From Candidatus Poribacteria bacterium (GTDB lineage: Bacteria > Poribacteria > WGA-4E > PCPOR2b): a DNA stretch of 64,000 bases. The stretch is from contig OZ244042.1 of NCBI GenBank assembly GCA_965215015.1, forward strand, positions 2,752,001 to 2,816,000. The letters are read 5' to 3'. The notes under the pieces are model-generated. The model was not told the DNA's origin. It ran no database searches and was given only the letters and a program-made list of their open reading frames with translations. Shown here in pieces: positions 17,875 to 27,640 of the stretch (position 1 is the stretch's first letter; every line of letters begins with the position of its first letter). A program made the position numbers and the translations under genes.

Positions 17875-18879
17875 ATGAACACCTTATTACCTCCATTTCA
17901 TTACACTCATTCGCCAACCTTACCCAAACTGCTCTGGCAATTGGGGTGCACCCTGGTGTTTAGCACCTACCAGGCGGGTAAGGTTATCTTTATCCGTGCC
18001 ACAAGCCCAGAAAAGATTGAGCAGCGCACCTTGGACTTCCCTAGACCTATGGGATTGGCGGTTTCTGATCAGCGGATTGCAGTGGCTACGCGGGATGAGG
18101 TAGTGGTGCTTACTAACACTTCAGTGGAGGAGTCGATTGAGCCCGGGCATGTTGACTCCGGGGGCTTGATTGGAGGGGAAGAGGGCGCGGCGTATGTGCT
18201 GGAAAAGACTTACTTCACCGGAGAGATTGACACCCATGATCTCGCTTGGGGGAAGGACGGCCTGTGGGCAATCAATACCCTCCTTTCATCCATGGCTTTG
18301 GCAGATGATCGCCCAACCTTCGATCTCCAATGGCGCCCCCCATTCGTCAGCGACGTAGCCCCAGAAGATCGTTGTCATTTGAACAGCATAGCGATGGTAG
18401 ATGGTGGACCTGAGTACGTAACAGCGTTTGGGGAGGTGGATACCCTTGAGGGGTGGCGCGAGAATAAACTATCGGGTGGCATTTTGATGAATGTCCCCAG
18501 TGGGGAGATTGTGCTAGAAGGGTTACCAATGCCGCACTCCCCGCGGGTCTATGACGGGAAACTTTATCTGCTGCTCTCAGCGACTGGAGAGTTAGTGTGT
18601 GCCGAACCAGAAACGGGGGGATACGAGGTGGTTACGCAGTTGCCCGGCTTCGTGCGTGGAATGGCTCGTTGTGATGACTATCTATTCGTGGGATTGTCAA
18701 AGCTGCGAAAGACCAGTTCGACCTTTGCAGCACTGCCAATCTCCGAACAGGCGGTGTTCAGCGGCATTGTCGCCGTGTCTCTATCCGAGGGGCGTATTGT
18801 AGAATATCTCAGGTATGAGACAAGTTGCGAGGAGATTTATGATGTGCAAATCTTACCGGAGAGGGATGACGCGCAATGA
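17875..18879 (+). CDS. TIGR03032/DUF4915 family beta-propeller protein
   Basis: STYQAGK, RPMGL, WRPPF..PEDRCHLN, MPHSPR, PGFVRG and EIYDV motifs. Confidence 0.88.
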   Translation: MNTLLPPFHYTHSPTLPKLLWQLGCTLVFSTYQAGKVIFIRATSPEKIEQRTLDFPRPMGLAVSDQRIAVATRDEVVVLTNTSVEESIEPGHVDSGGLIGGEEGAAYVLEKTYFTGEIDTHDLAWGKDGLWAINTLLSSMALADDRPTFDLQWRPPFVSDVAPEDRCHLNSIAMVDGGPEYVTAFGEVDTLEGWRENKLSGGILMNVPSGEIVLEGLPMPHSPRVYDGKLYLLLSATGELVCAEPETGGYEVVTQLPGFVRGMARCDDYLFVGLSKLRKTSSTFAALPISEQAVFSGIVAVSLSEGRIVEYLRYETSCEEIYDVQILPERDDAQ

Positions 18880-19430
18880 ATTGCGCTACTACAAACCGCA
18901 GCCCTTGATACACCACAACCGTCGTAATAAGATAACGCAAAATAAATTACGTTGCTATGAACCGCAGCCGTTGAGAGCTCACAAACATCTTAACAAGATA
19001 ACGCAAAATAAATTACGTTGCTACGAACCGCAGCCATTGAGAACTCACAAACATCTTAAGATAACGCCCAATGAATTGCGCTACTACGTATGAACCGCAG
19101 CCGTTGAGAACTCACAACCGTCGCAATAAGATAACGCGCAATGAATTGCGCTACTACGAACCGCAACACCACAAACACCTTAACAAGATAACGCAAAATG
19201 AATCGCGCTACTACGTATGAACCGCAGCCGTTGAGAACTCACAACCGTCGCAATAAGATAACGCACAATGAATAGCGTTGCTACGAACCGCAGCCGTTGA
19301 TACACCACTACCGTCGTAATAAGATAACGCACAATGAATCGCGCTACTACGTATGAACCGCAGCCATTGAGAACTCACAACCGTCGAAAAGATAACGCGC
19401 AATGAATCGCGCTACTACGAACCTCAGCCC
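18865..19430. repeat. Tandem array of 9 REP-like units (57-70 bp)
   Basis: Units start at 18865, 18931, 18997, 19060, 19130, 19187, 19257, 19323 and 19391; core GATAACGCGCAATGAATTGCGCTACTAC (minus strand GTAG + hairpin). Confidence 0.92.
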
Positions 19431-19448
19431 CACAACTATCGTAACTCA

Positions 19449-20174
19449 CTACAGACGTTCTATGGGTTGTGAGTGGCCAAAAACAGGTTGTGGTCCATCA
19501 ACCGGTGCAGCCCAACCCGCCGCATTAGCGATAACGCGCAGAACGTCCGGATGGTGGTAGATTGGATAGGTCTCATGTCCAGGACGAAAATAGAAGATTT
19601 TACCCCTGCCACGGAAGTAGCAACAGCCGCTACGGAATACCTCACCACCGGGGAACCAACTGATGAAAATCAGTGTGTCCGGCTCAGGAATATCGAAAGG
19701 CTCACCATACATCTCGGCGTGCTCAATCTCAAAATACTCCCCGATTCCTTCCACAATCGGGTGTCCATGCTCTATGACCCAGAGCCGCTCCTTCTCGCCG
19801 GATTCACGCCATTTGAGGCTGCATGATGTCCCCATCAGCTTGGTGAAAATCTTGGAGTAGTGCGACGAATGTAAACAGATTAAGCCCATGCCATCAAGAA
19901 TACGGACGTGCATTCTATCGACAACTTCGTCCGCAACCTCTCCATGCGCCCCATGTCCCCACCAGATTAGCACATCCGTATCAGCGAGGACCGCTTCTGT
20001 GAGCCCGTGGTCCGGCTCATCCAGTGTTGCGGTGTGCACCTCAAACCCCGGTTGTGCCTTCAGGTAATTTCCAATTGCGTTGTGCATACCATCGGGATAG
20101 ATCCGTGCAATCTGCTCATTGGTCTTCTCGTGGCGATATTCATTCCAAACAGTTACTCGAATTTTTTTGCTCAT
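19449..20174 (-). CDS. thuA: ThuA-like (trehalose utilisation) protein
   Basis: [36 protein letters not shown] and FRPGHETYP motifs; AAGGAGG RBS. Confidence 0.9.
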   Translation of the reverse strand: MSKKIRVTVWNEYRHEKTNEQIARIYPDGMHNAIGNYLKAQPGFEVHTATLDEPDHGLTEAVLADTDVLIWWGHGAHGEVADEVVDRMHVRILDGMGLICLHSSHYSKIFTKLMGTSCSLKWRESGEKERLWVIEHGHPIVEGIGEYFEIEHAEMYGEPFDIPEPDTLIFISWFPGGEVFRSGCCYFRGRGKIFYFRPGHETYPIYHHPDVLRVIANAAGWAAPVDGPQPVFGHSQPIERL

Positions 20175-20222
20175 ATAGCCTCCTTAGATAATATAAACCC
20201 TCACAAGGTTTGATACCTTCTC

Positions 20223-21008
20223 TTACGCATCATCTTGAATCGCGCTGATCTCATCCTTAGAGATCTTGTGGACGCTTTTGGGGTTAAATGTCTGTGTTGT
20301 CCCAGATCGCAGTGCAACCTCAATTCTTCCACCCGTCAACACGAAAAACTGAATTAGAAATCCACCGCCCTGCATTGATTCAACTTGATACTGATCCGCC
20401 TCCAATCCATCAACCCATGTCGGAAGTGAATCAGCGAAATCGGGATGATCTATCACCGCCTGCGGCAATGCAATAATCAGTGTTCCGGGTTCGTCCCCTA
20501 TAGCATTCGCAATCACCGTTCGGGTGCTGACCATAAAACGCACAACTGTGCCTGCGTAATCGAAATCACTTTCACTGCTGCGTTCTGGTGGAACAATCCC
20601 CCATGTCAAATGATGGATAAACGGATTGCCGTACCCCTGACTCAGCATGTGATCCAAAGCTTGATTGTCAACAGGATGAACAACTGCAACATAATCGAAC
20701 CAACCGCTGCTTCGTTCTAGACTGTCCTCTGGCAACCTTGCCGAAACGTTGATGTAGTCGCACTCATCTACCGGTGAGGGATAGCAACGGGCATCCCAAC
20801 CGGAGATATAACCGAGTTGTTTTAATGGGCCTGCAACAATATACGGTGGGTCACAAAAGATTGCAGCGTGATCCAGATTAGGATATAATTGAACCCCCGC
20901 CGCGGTGACTTTTTGGGCGACTTCTGATGCCTCTTGAAACCGCTGTGGCGCATTTTCGACAGTGAGGTAATCTCCGAAATCATCAGGTAGAACCACTAAA
21001 TTTCCCAT
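20223..21008 (-). CDS. Hypothetical protein, possible VOC/HPPD-like metalloenzyme
   Basis: GGAGGT RBS before ATG 21008; LDHAA, IHHLTW, LIQFF and RIEVALR motifs. Confidence 0.75.
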   Translation of the reverse strand: MGNLVVLPDDFGDYLTVENAPQRFQEASEVAQKVTAAGVQLYPNLDHAAIFCDPPYIVAGPLKQLGYISGWDARCYPSPVDECDYINVSARLPEDSLERSSGWFDYVAVVHPVDNQALDHMLSQGYGNPFIHHLTWGIVPPERSSESDFDYAGTVVRFMVSTRTVIANAIGDEPGTLIIALPQAVIDHPDFADSLPTWVDGLEADQYQVESMQGGGFLIQFFVLTGGRIEVALRSGTTQTFNPKSVHKISKDEISAIQDDA

Positions 21009-21055
21009 GATACACCTCCGAGGTAAGTTATTAATTGATAGTTGCAATTTTCAGC

Positions 21056-21084
21056 ATGATACCACAAAACCAGAACCTTTTCAA
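21056..21084 (-). promoter_or_regulatory. Sigma70 promoter for the hypothetical-thuA pair
   Basis: TTGAAA-N17-TATCAT with extended -10 TG. Confidence 0.65.
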
Positions 21085-21123
21085 GGGAATAGAAAATGTG
21101 CTATAGGGGAATTGCAGCTGTTA

Positions 21124-21360
21124 TAGGAATTAGGCCGTTGACCAATGAACCTTGGAGGAACACCCGTCGCAGCGCAAGTTTGCTACGGATTGCTCCCCTA
21201 CTTGCGGCTACACCCCGCAGGCGGGGAGAAGAAACCTGGGGGCGATCACAGGTTGGCAAACCTGGGGCTACGAGTCAATTTCTATTTTATATGCCAAAGT
21301 CATAGTCATACGCCGTTAGAAGTAGGAGATGATTTTTGCAATCGAAGTGCGTAAGTCCTA
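21124..21360. mobile_element. MITE-like element with TA-bounded imperfect inverted ends
   Basis: TAGGAATTAGGC ... GCGTAAGTCCTA; the same end motif occurs at 4068, 21804 and 56795. Confidence 0.5.
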
Positions 21361-21883
21361 CACAATATTTACATGCGATTGCCCCCCTAAAATGTGCCTT
21401 CACGATTGTTTTCTCATCGTATTTGTGTTATAGTATAATTTGACCTAGCAAAGTATTTATTTCTAACTAAAGTTGGGACAATTTAGGTGAAAAGAGGTAG
21501 AAAAGGGGTTATTCTTTCATTCTTTAGAACTCACTCAGTTGAACCCTCGAAACCTTGTCGGTCAAGATTCATATCAAGACTCATATATCGACACCAAAAC
21601 GTCAATTTTGGAAAATTGACAGACAGAGGGCCTATGTGGGTACATTTGGCAGTTTAGGCAACCCCGATTTCAGCGAGGGAAGGCTCAGTGCCACGATTAC
21701 AGATTTGGTGAACATGCCTCTCAACGCCCGATGAACCGGGGCGACAGTTAACGATTTATTGTCTATCGTGCCGCGAGTTGAATTGTCTGACTACACACTC
21801 AAGTGCCTAACTCCTAATTCTTTTCAGGATTTGACTACACTTTTGCGCGCTAATCACAAATTAGGGGAAGCGAGGAAAACCAC

Positions 21884-22168
21884 ATGGAAGATTTCCTGAG
21901 ATTCAAGAAGATGGTTACGCCTATTATCATCCAAATACTATTTTGGATCGGAGTCGTGACCTGTGTCATTGCAGGCATTGTTGGAATCGTTGTCGGAATC
22001 ACTTCTCGCTCTGGTGGAACCACTGTTCTTAAGGGAATTGGTTGGCTCGTTTTGGGACCGATTGGTGTACGTATCTACTGTGAGATCCTCATCGTCATAT
22101 TCTCGATTAACAACACCCTCACAGATCTCAAGAATTTGCTGAGACATCAGCAAAAACAGGATGGATAA
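21884..22168 (+). CDS. Small membrane protein, DUF4282-like
   Basis: FLRFKKMVTPIIIQILFW...RIYCEILIVIFSIN pattern; two TM segments. Confidence 0.82.
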   Translation: MEDFLRFKKMVTPIIIQILFWIGVVTCVIAGIVGIVVGITSRSGGTTVLKGIGWLVLGPIGVRIYCEILIVIFSINNTLTDLKNLLRHQQKQDG

Positions 22169-22241
22169 ATTTGTTTGTAGATAGAAACGCTAGAGTAGCT
22201 GTCGCCATCAATATTATCAATACCTTTCGGAGCCCCTCCCA

Positions 22242-24011
22242 ATGAATGGCAATGAAGGCAAAACCTTAAAAAGCCAGATTGTTATTATGTTTCTTCTAAT
22301 CGGGCTATCTCCGCTGTTTTCCGCCTCGATCCTTGCTTTCTATTCGAGCCAAAAAACGTTGAATCAGGTTGTCGGCACTATAGAACGAGATTTGGCTATT
22401 GAGGCCATGGATAAAATTGACCGCGAAATGGAGAACACACGCCTTTTGGTCAAGAATTGGACCAGTTTTGAAAATCGAAAGGTTTTGGTAAACATGGCAG
22501 CTGAAGGTCAGCAGAAGAGCTACGAGCAATTATTCGAGGAGTGGAGCCGTGACGGATTAACTTCAACACCCGGGGCGAAGTTTCTCGAAAGACTCCGGCA
22601 GACAAATCCGAATCGATTCAAGGAAATCTTTCTGACCGATCTGCGTGGATATGTCGTCGCTGCCACGGGCAAAACAAGTGATTTCGATCAAGGGCCGGAA
22701 GATGATCCGCCATTTGGTGAAACGTGGTGGGCTGCGGCGAGAGAGAAGGGGGAACACATCGGAGAAGTTGACTTTGATGAAAGTGCGGGGGTTTATTCCG
22801 TCGATATCAACATGAGTATCCAGGCGGATGATGAACAAACCGTGGGTATTATAAAGGTGGTCTACAGTGTGGAGAACATCCGCGATCTCATCCAAGGTGC
22901 CAGCCAAGCAGATTGGCGGCATTATGAACTGATTAATCGATACGGTTACATCGTTGCAGCGGCTGAGATAGAGCCAGAACGGATTCTCAAAGACACCTCT
23001 CGCGTTGTACTGCCCGATAACAAGGAGGTTTGGAAGAACCGGGCGAGTAAGAACGGGTTTGCTATCGGGGTTAAGGACGGGGAAAAAATCCTTGTCGGCT
23101 GGTCCCGCGGTGGGGCGTGGACCGTATTAACCTACAGCCCTCTCGACGCAGCCCATGCGCCCTTGCAGCAACAGGCACGGTGGCTCATGGGGGTATCAGC
23201 GGTTGCTACGGTTATCATACTTCTCGTTGCGTTGGCCGTGGGGAATCGTGTGGTCTCTGAAATGCTCGGTAAGGAACTCATGGCCCAAGAGATTCAAACT
23301 GCTCAGAGTATGCAGATGGGGTTGTTACCCGAACCACTTGAGATCAGCGGACTCGATTTGGCAGGACGTTGCCTCGCAGCAAACCGTGTCGGTGGCGATT
23401 ATTACAATTACCTGTGGATGGATGCCGATCAGAGGAAACTCGCAATCGTCATCGCCGATGTTGCTGGACATGATATGTCGGCAGCAATCCCTGCTGTGAT
23501 GTTCTCCGGGATGCTTGAGTTTGCTGTCAAAGAAGGGGCACCGAGCGCGATGCTTTCTGCACTAAATCTTCCGCTCTGTCAGCAACCGAAACGCACCCCT
23601 TTTATTACCTGCTGCGTTGCAATCATTGATTTGACAGAAAAGCAGATGCAGTGGTCAAAGGCGGGTCATCCCGAAATTTATCATTATCAGAGGGGCACAG
23701 ATACTGTCAATGAGCTGGCTGCGGAAAGCTACCCGCTCGGTGTATCCCTGAAGGCGAAGTATACAGATGAAACAGTGACTTTGTCTGAAGGAGATCTCCT
23801 CATTTTTTACACCGATGGACTTCCGGAGGCAATTAACCCCAGCGGGAGAGTTTACAGTTATAACCGACTTGAAAGGAGCATTCACCGCGCCGCGCAAAGG
23901 GACCTTTCATCGATGGAAAGCATTGACCAAATGATAGACGACGTTCGTGGGTTTATTGAAAACAGTGAGCCGGAAGATGATATAACGATTGTTGTAGCTA
24001 AGGTGACGTAA
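22242..24011 (+). CDS. Membrane sensor with Cache-like extracytoplasmic domain and SpoIIE/PP2C phosphatase
   Basis: Two TM helices; VGGDYY, IADVAGH, YTDGLPE and EDDIT motifs. Confidence 0.9.
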   Translation: MNGNEGKTLKSQIVIMFLLIGLSPLFSASILAFYSSQKTLNQVVGTIERDLAIEAMDKIDREMENTRLLVKNWTSFENRKVLVNMAAEGQQKSYEQLFEEWSRDGLTSTPGAKFLERLRQTNPNRFKEIFLTDLRGYVVAATGKTSDFDQGPEDDPPFGETWWAAAREKGEHIGEVDFDESAGVYSVDINMSIQADDEQTVGIIKVVYSVENIRDLIQGASQADWRHYELINRYGYIVAAAEIEPERILKDTSRVVLPDNKEVWKNRASKNGFAIGVKDGEKILVGWSRGGAWTVLTYSPLDAAHAPLQQQARWLMGVSAVATVIILLVALAVGNRVVSEMLGKELMAQEIQTAQSMQMGLLPEPLEISGLDLAGRCLAANRVGGDYYNYLWMDADQRKLAIVIADVAGHDMSAAIPAVMFSGMLEFAVKEGAPSAMLSALNLPLCQQPKRTPFITCCVAIIDLTEKQMQWSKAGHPEIYHYQRGTDTVNELAAESYPLGVSLKAKYTDETVTLSEGDLLIFYTDGLPEAINPSGRVYSYNRLERSIHRAAQRDLSSMESIDQMIDDVRGFIENSEPEDDITIVVAKVT

Positions 24012-24028
24012 TCCCGATAAGGCGCACC

Positions 24029-25348
24029 ATGAGAAATAAGGATACAACAGAACAACTGTCTCTTTTCTCCATAGATGGAGTGGTGAAGGCCTCTAACGAT
24101 GATGAGACCGATAAGCGGATTCAATTGATTTCCTTTCGGGAGTTAGTTCCCGAAATTAAGGATACGGGGTATTTAACGCACGCAATCTTTTACTATCCGG
24201 CTAAATTTATACCCCATGTTGTAAGATACGCGCTGAAGTCGTTTACAAAAGAAGGGGATTGGGTTGTTGATCCGTTCGCAGGTTCAGGAACCGTGGGTGT
24301 TGAATCTTATGTATGCAAGCGAAACGCATTTCTACTAGACCTAAATCCGCTCTTGAATTATATGATTCCGCTCAAGGTACGGACTGAAAAAGAGCAACTG
24401 CGCGAAGATCGTTTGGGTCATATGTTAGATGGTTTAGAAAAAAGTAGGTATCACTTCACCCCAGCGTGGTCAAATATAGCGTACTGGTATCCGCCCGAAA
24501 TGTTGGAAGTGCTAAGCCGGTACTGGGGATTTATCAAAAGCAGGGAATGTAACACATACACCGCAATCATAGAATCGGCTCTGTTGAAAATGAGCAAACA
24601 CTTCTCTTATGCGGAACATCGAACTCCTAAACTATTCAGGTCTAAAGGTAAGCGCGAATATGTCGAAGAGCTGCTGCAGACGGATTGGGAAGAAAAATTA
24701 AAAAGGATGATTAGGGGGCATTCATTAGAGACCTTACGGAATCTGAATGACTTTGCAACACTTACGAGTCATCACAATAGCTGTGTTGAGTTTGAGAGTG
24801 GGGTGGATTCGTCATACTATCTGTTTCAGCGGGAGTTTGATGCCTTAATCACATCGCCACCTTATCTACAAGCCCAAGAATATATGCGGACGGTCAAAAT
24901 GGAGTTATTTTGGTTGGGGTATAACGATGAAGAGATAAGAGGGTTATCCAGACTTGAAATCCCGTATCGGAAGGCGGATAGGGTCATTCAAACCCCAACA
25001 CTAGAGAAAATAAGGGCCGAACTTACGCGGAATGACCTCGTTAAATTATTAGATTCATATTTTTGCCATACCATCAACGCGCTTGAGAATGCAATGAATC
25101 AGTTAAAAGCGGATGCAACCGCCTGCATTTTCATCGGAAACCCTCTGATTGATGGGATAAAGGTTGAAATCTGGCGGATATTGATGGAATACTTTACGGA
25201 CAACGGGTATTTCTTTGAGAATCTGTATGAAGATCGGATAAAGAATAGACAGTTATTTGGCACAAGAAAAAATAAAAATCCAGATGGGATGAAATCTGAG
25301 TTTTTGTTGATTTTGAGAAAAGGGGAATCGGTAACGAGAACCGTGTGA
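24029..25348 (+). CDS. Amino-group DNA methyltransferase (probably N4-cytosine, alpha motif order)
   Basis: TH..YYPAKFIP; motif I DPFAGSGT precedes motif IV TSPPY. Confidence 0.88.
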   Translation: MRNKDTTEQLSLFSIDGVVKASNDDETDKRIQLISFRELVPEIKDTGYLTHAIFYYPAKFIPHVVRYALKSFTKEGDWVVDPFAGSGTVGVESYVCKRNAFLLDLNPLLNYMIPLKVRTEKEQLREDRLGHMLDGLEKSRYHFTPAWSNIAYWYPPEMLEVLSRYWGFIKSRECNTYTAIIESALLKMSKHFSYAEHRTPKLFRSKGKREYVEELLQTDWEEKLKRMIRGHSLETLRNLNDFATLTSHHNSCVEFESGVDSSYYLFQREFDALITSPPYLQAQEYMRTVKMELFWLGYNDEEIRGLSRLEIPYRKADRVIQTPTLEKIRAELTRNDLVKLLDSYFCHTINALENAMNQLKADATACIFIGNPLIDGIKVEIWRILMEYFTDNGYFFENLYEDRIKNRQLFGTRKNKNPDGMKSEFLLILRKGESVTRTV

Positions 25349-25373
25349 GAAAACTGCCTGTTAGAAAGTTGGT

Positions 25374-26126
25374 ATGAGTAACAGTTTACGCGAATCTGAA
25401 GCCAGAGCGGTGCTTAAATCTTTGGAATCATCTTACTGTCCAGAGCCGATAAAACAGGCGCGGGAACGACAAGATGAAATACTGATTCAAAGATTCCGGG
25501 GGCACCCCTACACAATTGCAGATATCGGTTGCGGCACGGGCTACCACGGCTCAATCTTTGCCCCCACGTGTCGGCTCTATCACGGCTTCGAGATATCGAC
25601 TCATATTGCGAAAGTTGCTCAAGAGAGATGGCGTAAGGAAGGGTTAAACAACACCGAGTTATTTCTGGGCGATGCCACCCAAGCCAAACTGTCGGACAAT
25701 TTCTATGACCTCGTTTTCTGTTTATACTTTACCCCTGGCAATTTTCGAGAACCGTCCACAGATTTGAGTGTTTATACGGATGCTTACCTCGATCAGAATC
25801 CAACTTTTATCGCTATATTCTCGAACTTTTATCGTTCACTGAAACCGAGTGGATTGATGTTCTTAACAATCTATAAGGATGTACCGGTGGCAGAGGCAGC
25901 CCAGATTGATTTTTATGAGCATACCGATCAGCATGTAGTTACACCCAGAGGCGGGCGATTCGTGGCGACTGCGGAAAATTTCTGGTCTGCCAGATGGACC
26001 CAAGAGAGCCTCTTATCCAATCTTAAAGCGTGTGGAATTGCCGAGGGGGTTGTTAGGTTTCATGACCTCAATCAAATCGCATGGCTTGTTGAGATCAGGA
26101 AACAATTACAGAAAAATGAAGCGTGA
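25374..26126 (+). CDS. Class I SAM-dependent methyltransferase
   Basis: IADIGCGTG, GFEIS, GDA, YDLV and LKPSG motifs. Confidence 0.88.
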   Translation: MSNSLRESEARAVLKSLESSYCPEPIKQARERQDEILIQRFRGHPYTIADIGCGTGYHGSIFAPTCRLYHGFEISTHIAKVAQERWRKEGLNNTELFLGDATQAKLSDNFYDLVFCLYFTPGNFREPSTDLSVYTDAYLDQNPTFIAIFSNFYRSLKPSGLMFLTIYKDVPVAEAAQIDFYEHTDQHVVTPRGGRFVATAENFWSARWTQESLLSNLKACGIAEGVVRFHDLNQIAWLVEIRKQLQKNEA

Positions 26127-26280
26127 AACATAAAACGTGTAAAAGGCAGAAAGTGGAAAAACAGGACAACGTATCCGCCAATCTTCGCCAATCTTTTTTA
26201 GAATAGCATCGATTCGTGGATGTCTTCTTGTTTTCTAGGCCGCTCGTTTTCAGGGCTTTCACACCTAAAGGAGTTTTTTG

Positions 26281-27081
26281 ATGATAGGTCCCAGACTTCC
26301 CTACCGTTATGACCACTATACTTGGCCAGAAATCAGAGAGTTGGTCAAAAAACAACCCGTCATTGTCCTGCCTGTCGGATCTACCGAGGACCATGGTCAT
26401 CACCTTCCCTTGGATGTGGACACCTTCGTGGTCAGCAGCATCTGTGATGCTGCTGCACAGCAGATTCCTGACGAAGTGCTGCTTTTACCGGAACTCGCTT
26501 ACGGCTTTGAGGACCACCACATGGATTTCCCCGGCACCATTACTATCCGTGATGATCATCTGCTCAACTTTGTCGTCGATATCACCAAGAGCGTCGCCCA
26601 CCACGGTTTTCTTAAGATCCTTATCGTTAACGGTCACGGTTCCAATGTTCCGATCTTGGAGCTAGCCGCGCGCCGGACTGTGATTGAGACCGAGGCACAC
26701 TGCGGTATGCTGAACGCGGGAGCGAGTGTTTCAGTCGATGAAATTGCCGAGTCAGATGTGCTGTCCCACGCAGACGAGATTGAAACATCGGTCTACCGCT
26801 ATCTCAATGATGCAGCGGTACAGATGGACAAAGCCACCCACGAAGTGAAGGTTCCAGTTTCCCGCTACTATTGGCGCGGCACGGTACGCGGGGCGGGCAG
26901 CGCGCCCCTGCGCATGATGGATCAGTGGTCGCGTATCTCTGAGACGGGGGTCATCGGCGATGCTACTCTCGGTACGGTGGAAAAAGGTGAACGGTTTTTC
27001 ACCGCTGCCGCCACAGAACTCGCTGCGCTCATCCGTGAATTCCGCACGCTGCCCATCGAGCCACGCGTAGATCACCATTGA
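26281..27081 (+). CDS. Creatininase family amidohydrolase
   Basis: GSTEDHGHHLPLDVD, DFPGT, NGHGSN and HADEIETS motifs; AAGGAG RBS. Confidence 0.92.
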   Translation: MIGPRLPYRYDHYTWPEIRELVKKQPVIVLPVGSTEDHGHHLPLDVDTFVVSSICDAAAQQIPDEVLLLPELAYGFEDHHMDFPGTITIRDDHLLNFVVDITKSVAHHGFLKILIVNGHGSNVPILELAARRTVIETEAHCGMLNAGASVSVDEIAESDVLSHADEIETSVYRYLNDAAVQMDKATHEVKVPVSRYYWRGTVRGAGSAPLRMMDQWSRISETGVIGDATLGTVEKGERFFTAAATELAALIREFRTLPIEPRVDHH

Positions 27082-27253
27082 ACCCGTCGAACCGGATAGG
27101 GGCTGTTGACAGGTGTGTGAATTAGGTTGAATGAGAACTCCCCGCATTAGAATAACGCTTACCAGACCGTCCCATGAAACCCAACACCATTTGTCAACAA
27201 TTCGGTTTCTGTTGCACGATTTCTTAACATGAGCCAACGTAACAAGATTTCTT

Positions 27254-27630
27254 TTGACTCTTTATAATACACCCACAGACACCAAGGATGGCTATGTCAA
27301 ATTTTACATCTTCAATCCGACCCGGTGGAAAGGCTACGCGATGAACAAAGGGACGCAGGAAACCCCAGATCTCCAGTTGAGGGCAGATGATCAATTAGCC
27401 GCCGGTGCTAATAACGGTGTTCGTTCTGACGTGGATAACATCTGGATTTACACTGAAACCATCGAAAGCGCGGTTCGTGGCTTTACTGGGGCAACCGGTT
27501 CGCAACTCTTGGATTTAATCAAGAAGAAAAAAAGTCAGACGATTGGACACGAAATTGGACACGGTATCAACCTGAGCGACCATCATCTGATCTCTACGGG
27601 GAGGTGTATCATGGAATCCACTCCATTTTT
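27254..27630 (+). pseudogene. Orphan C-terminal fragment of a zinc metallopeptidase-like protein
   Basis: TIGHEIGHGINLSDH...CIM (HExxHxxxxxxH plus Met-turn-like CIM); no convincing start; begins just after a dispersed repeat end at 27236. Confidence 0.6.
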
Positions 27631-27640
27631 GAGGTATATC

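Noticed and set aside
18815-19093. 92-aa repetitive ORF over the array
   Set aside because: By-product of 66/63-bp units; broken by the GTAT insertion and overlaps the upstream gene
18865-19430. CRISPR array
   Set aside because: Linkers are homologous to each other rather than unique, repeats are degenerate throughout, and no cas genes are present in the window
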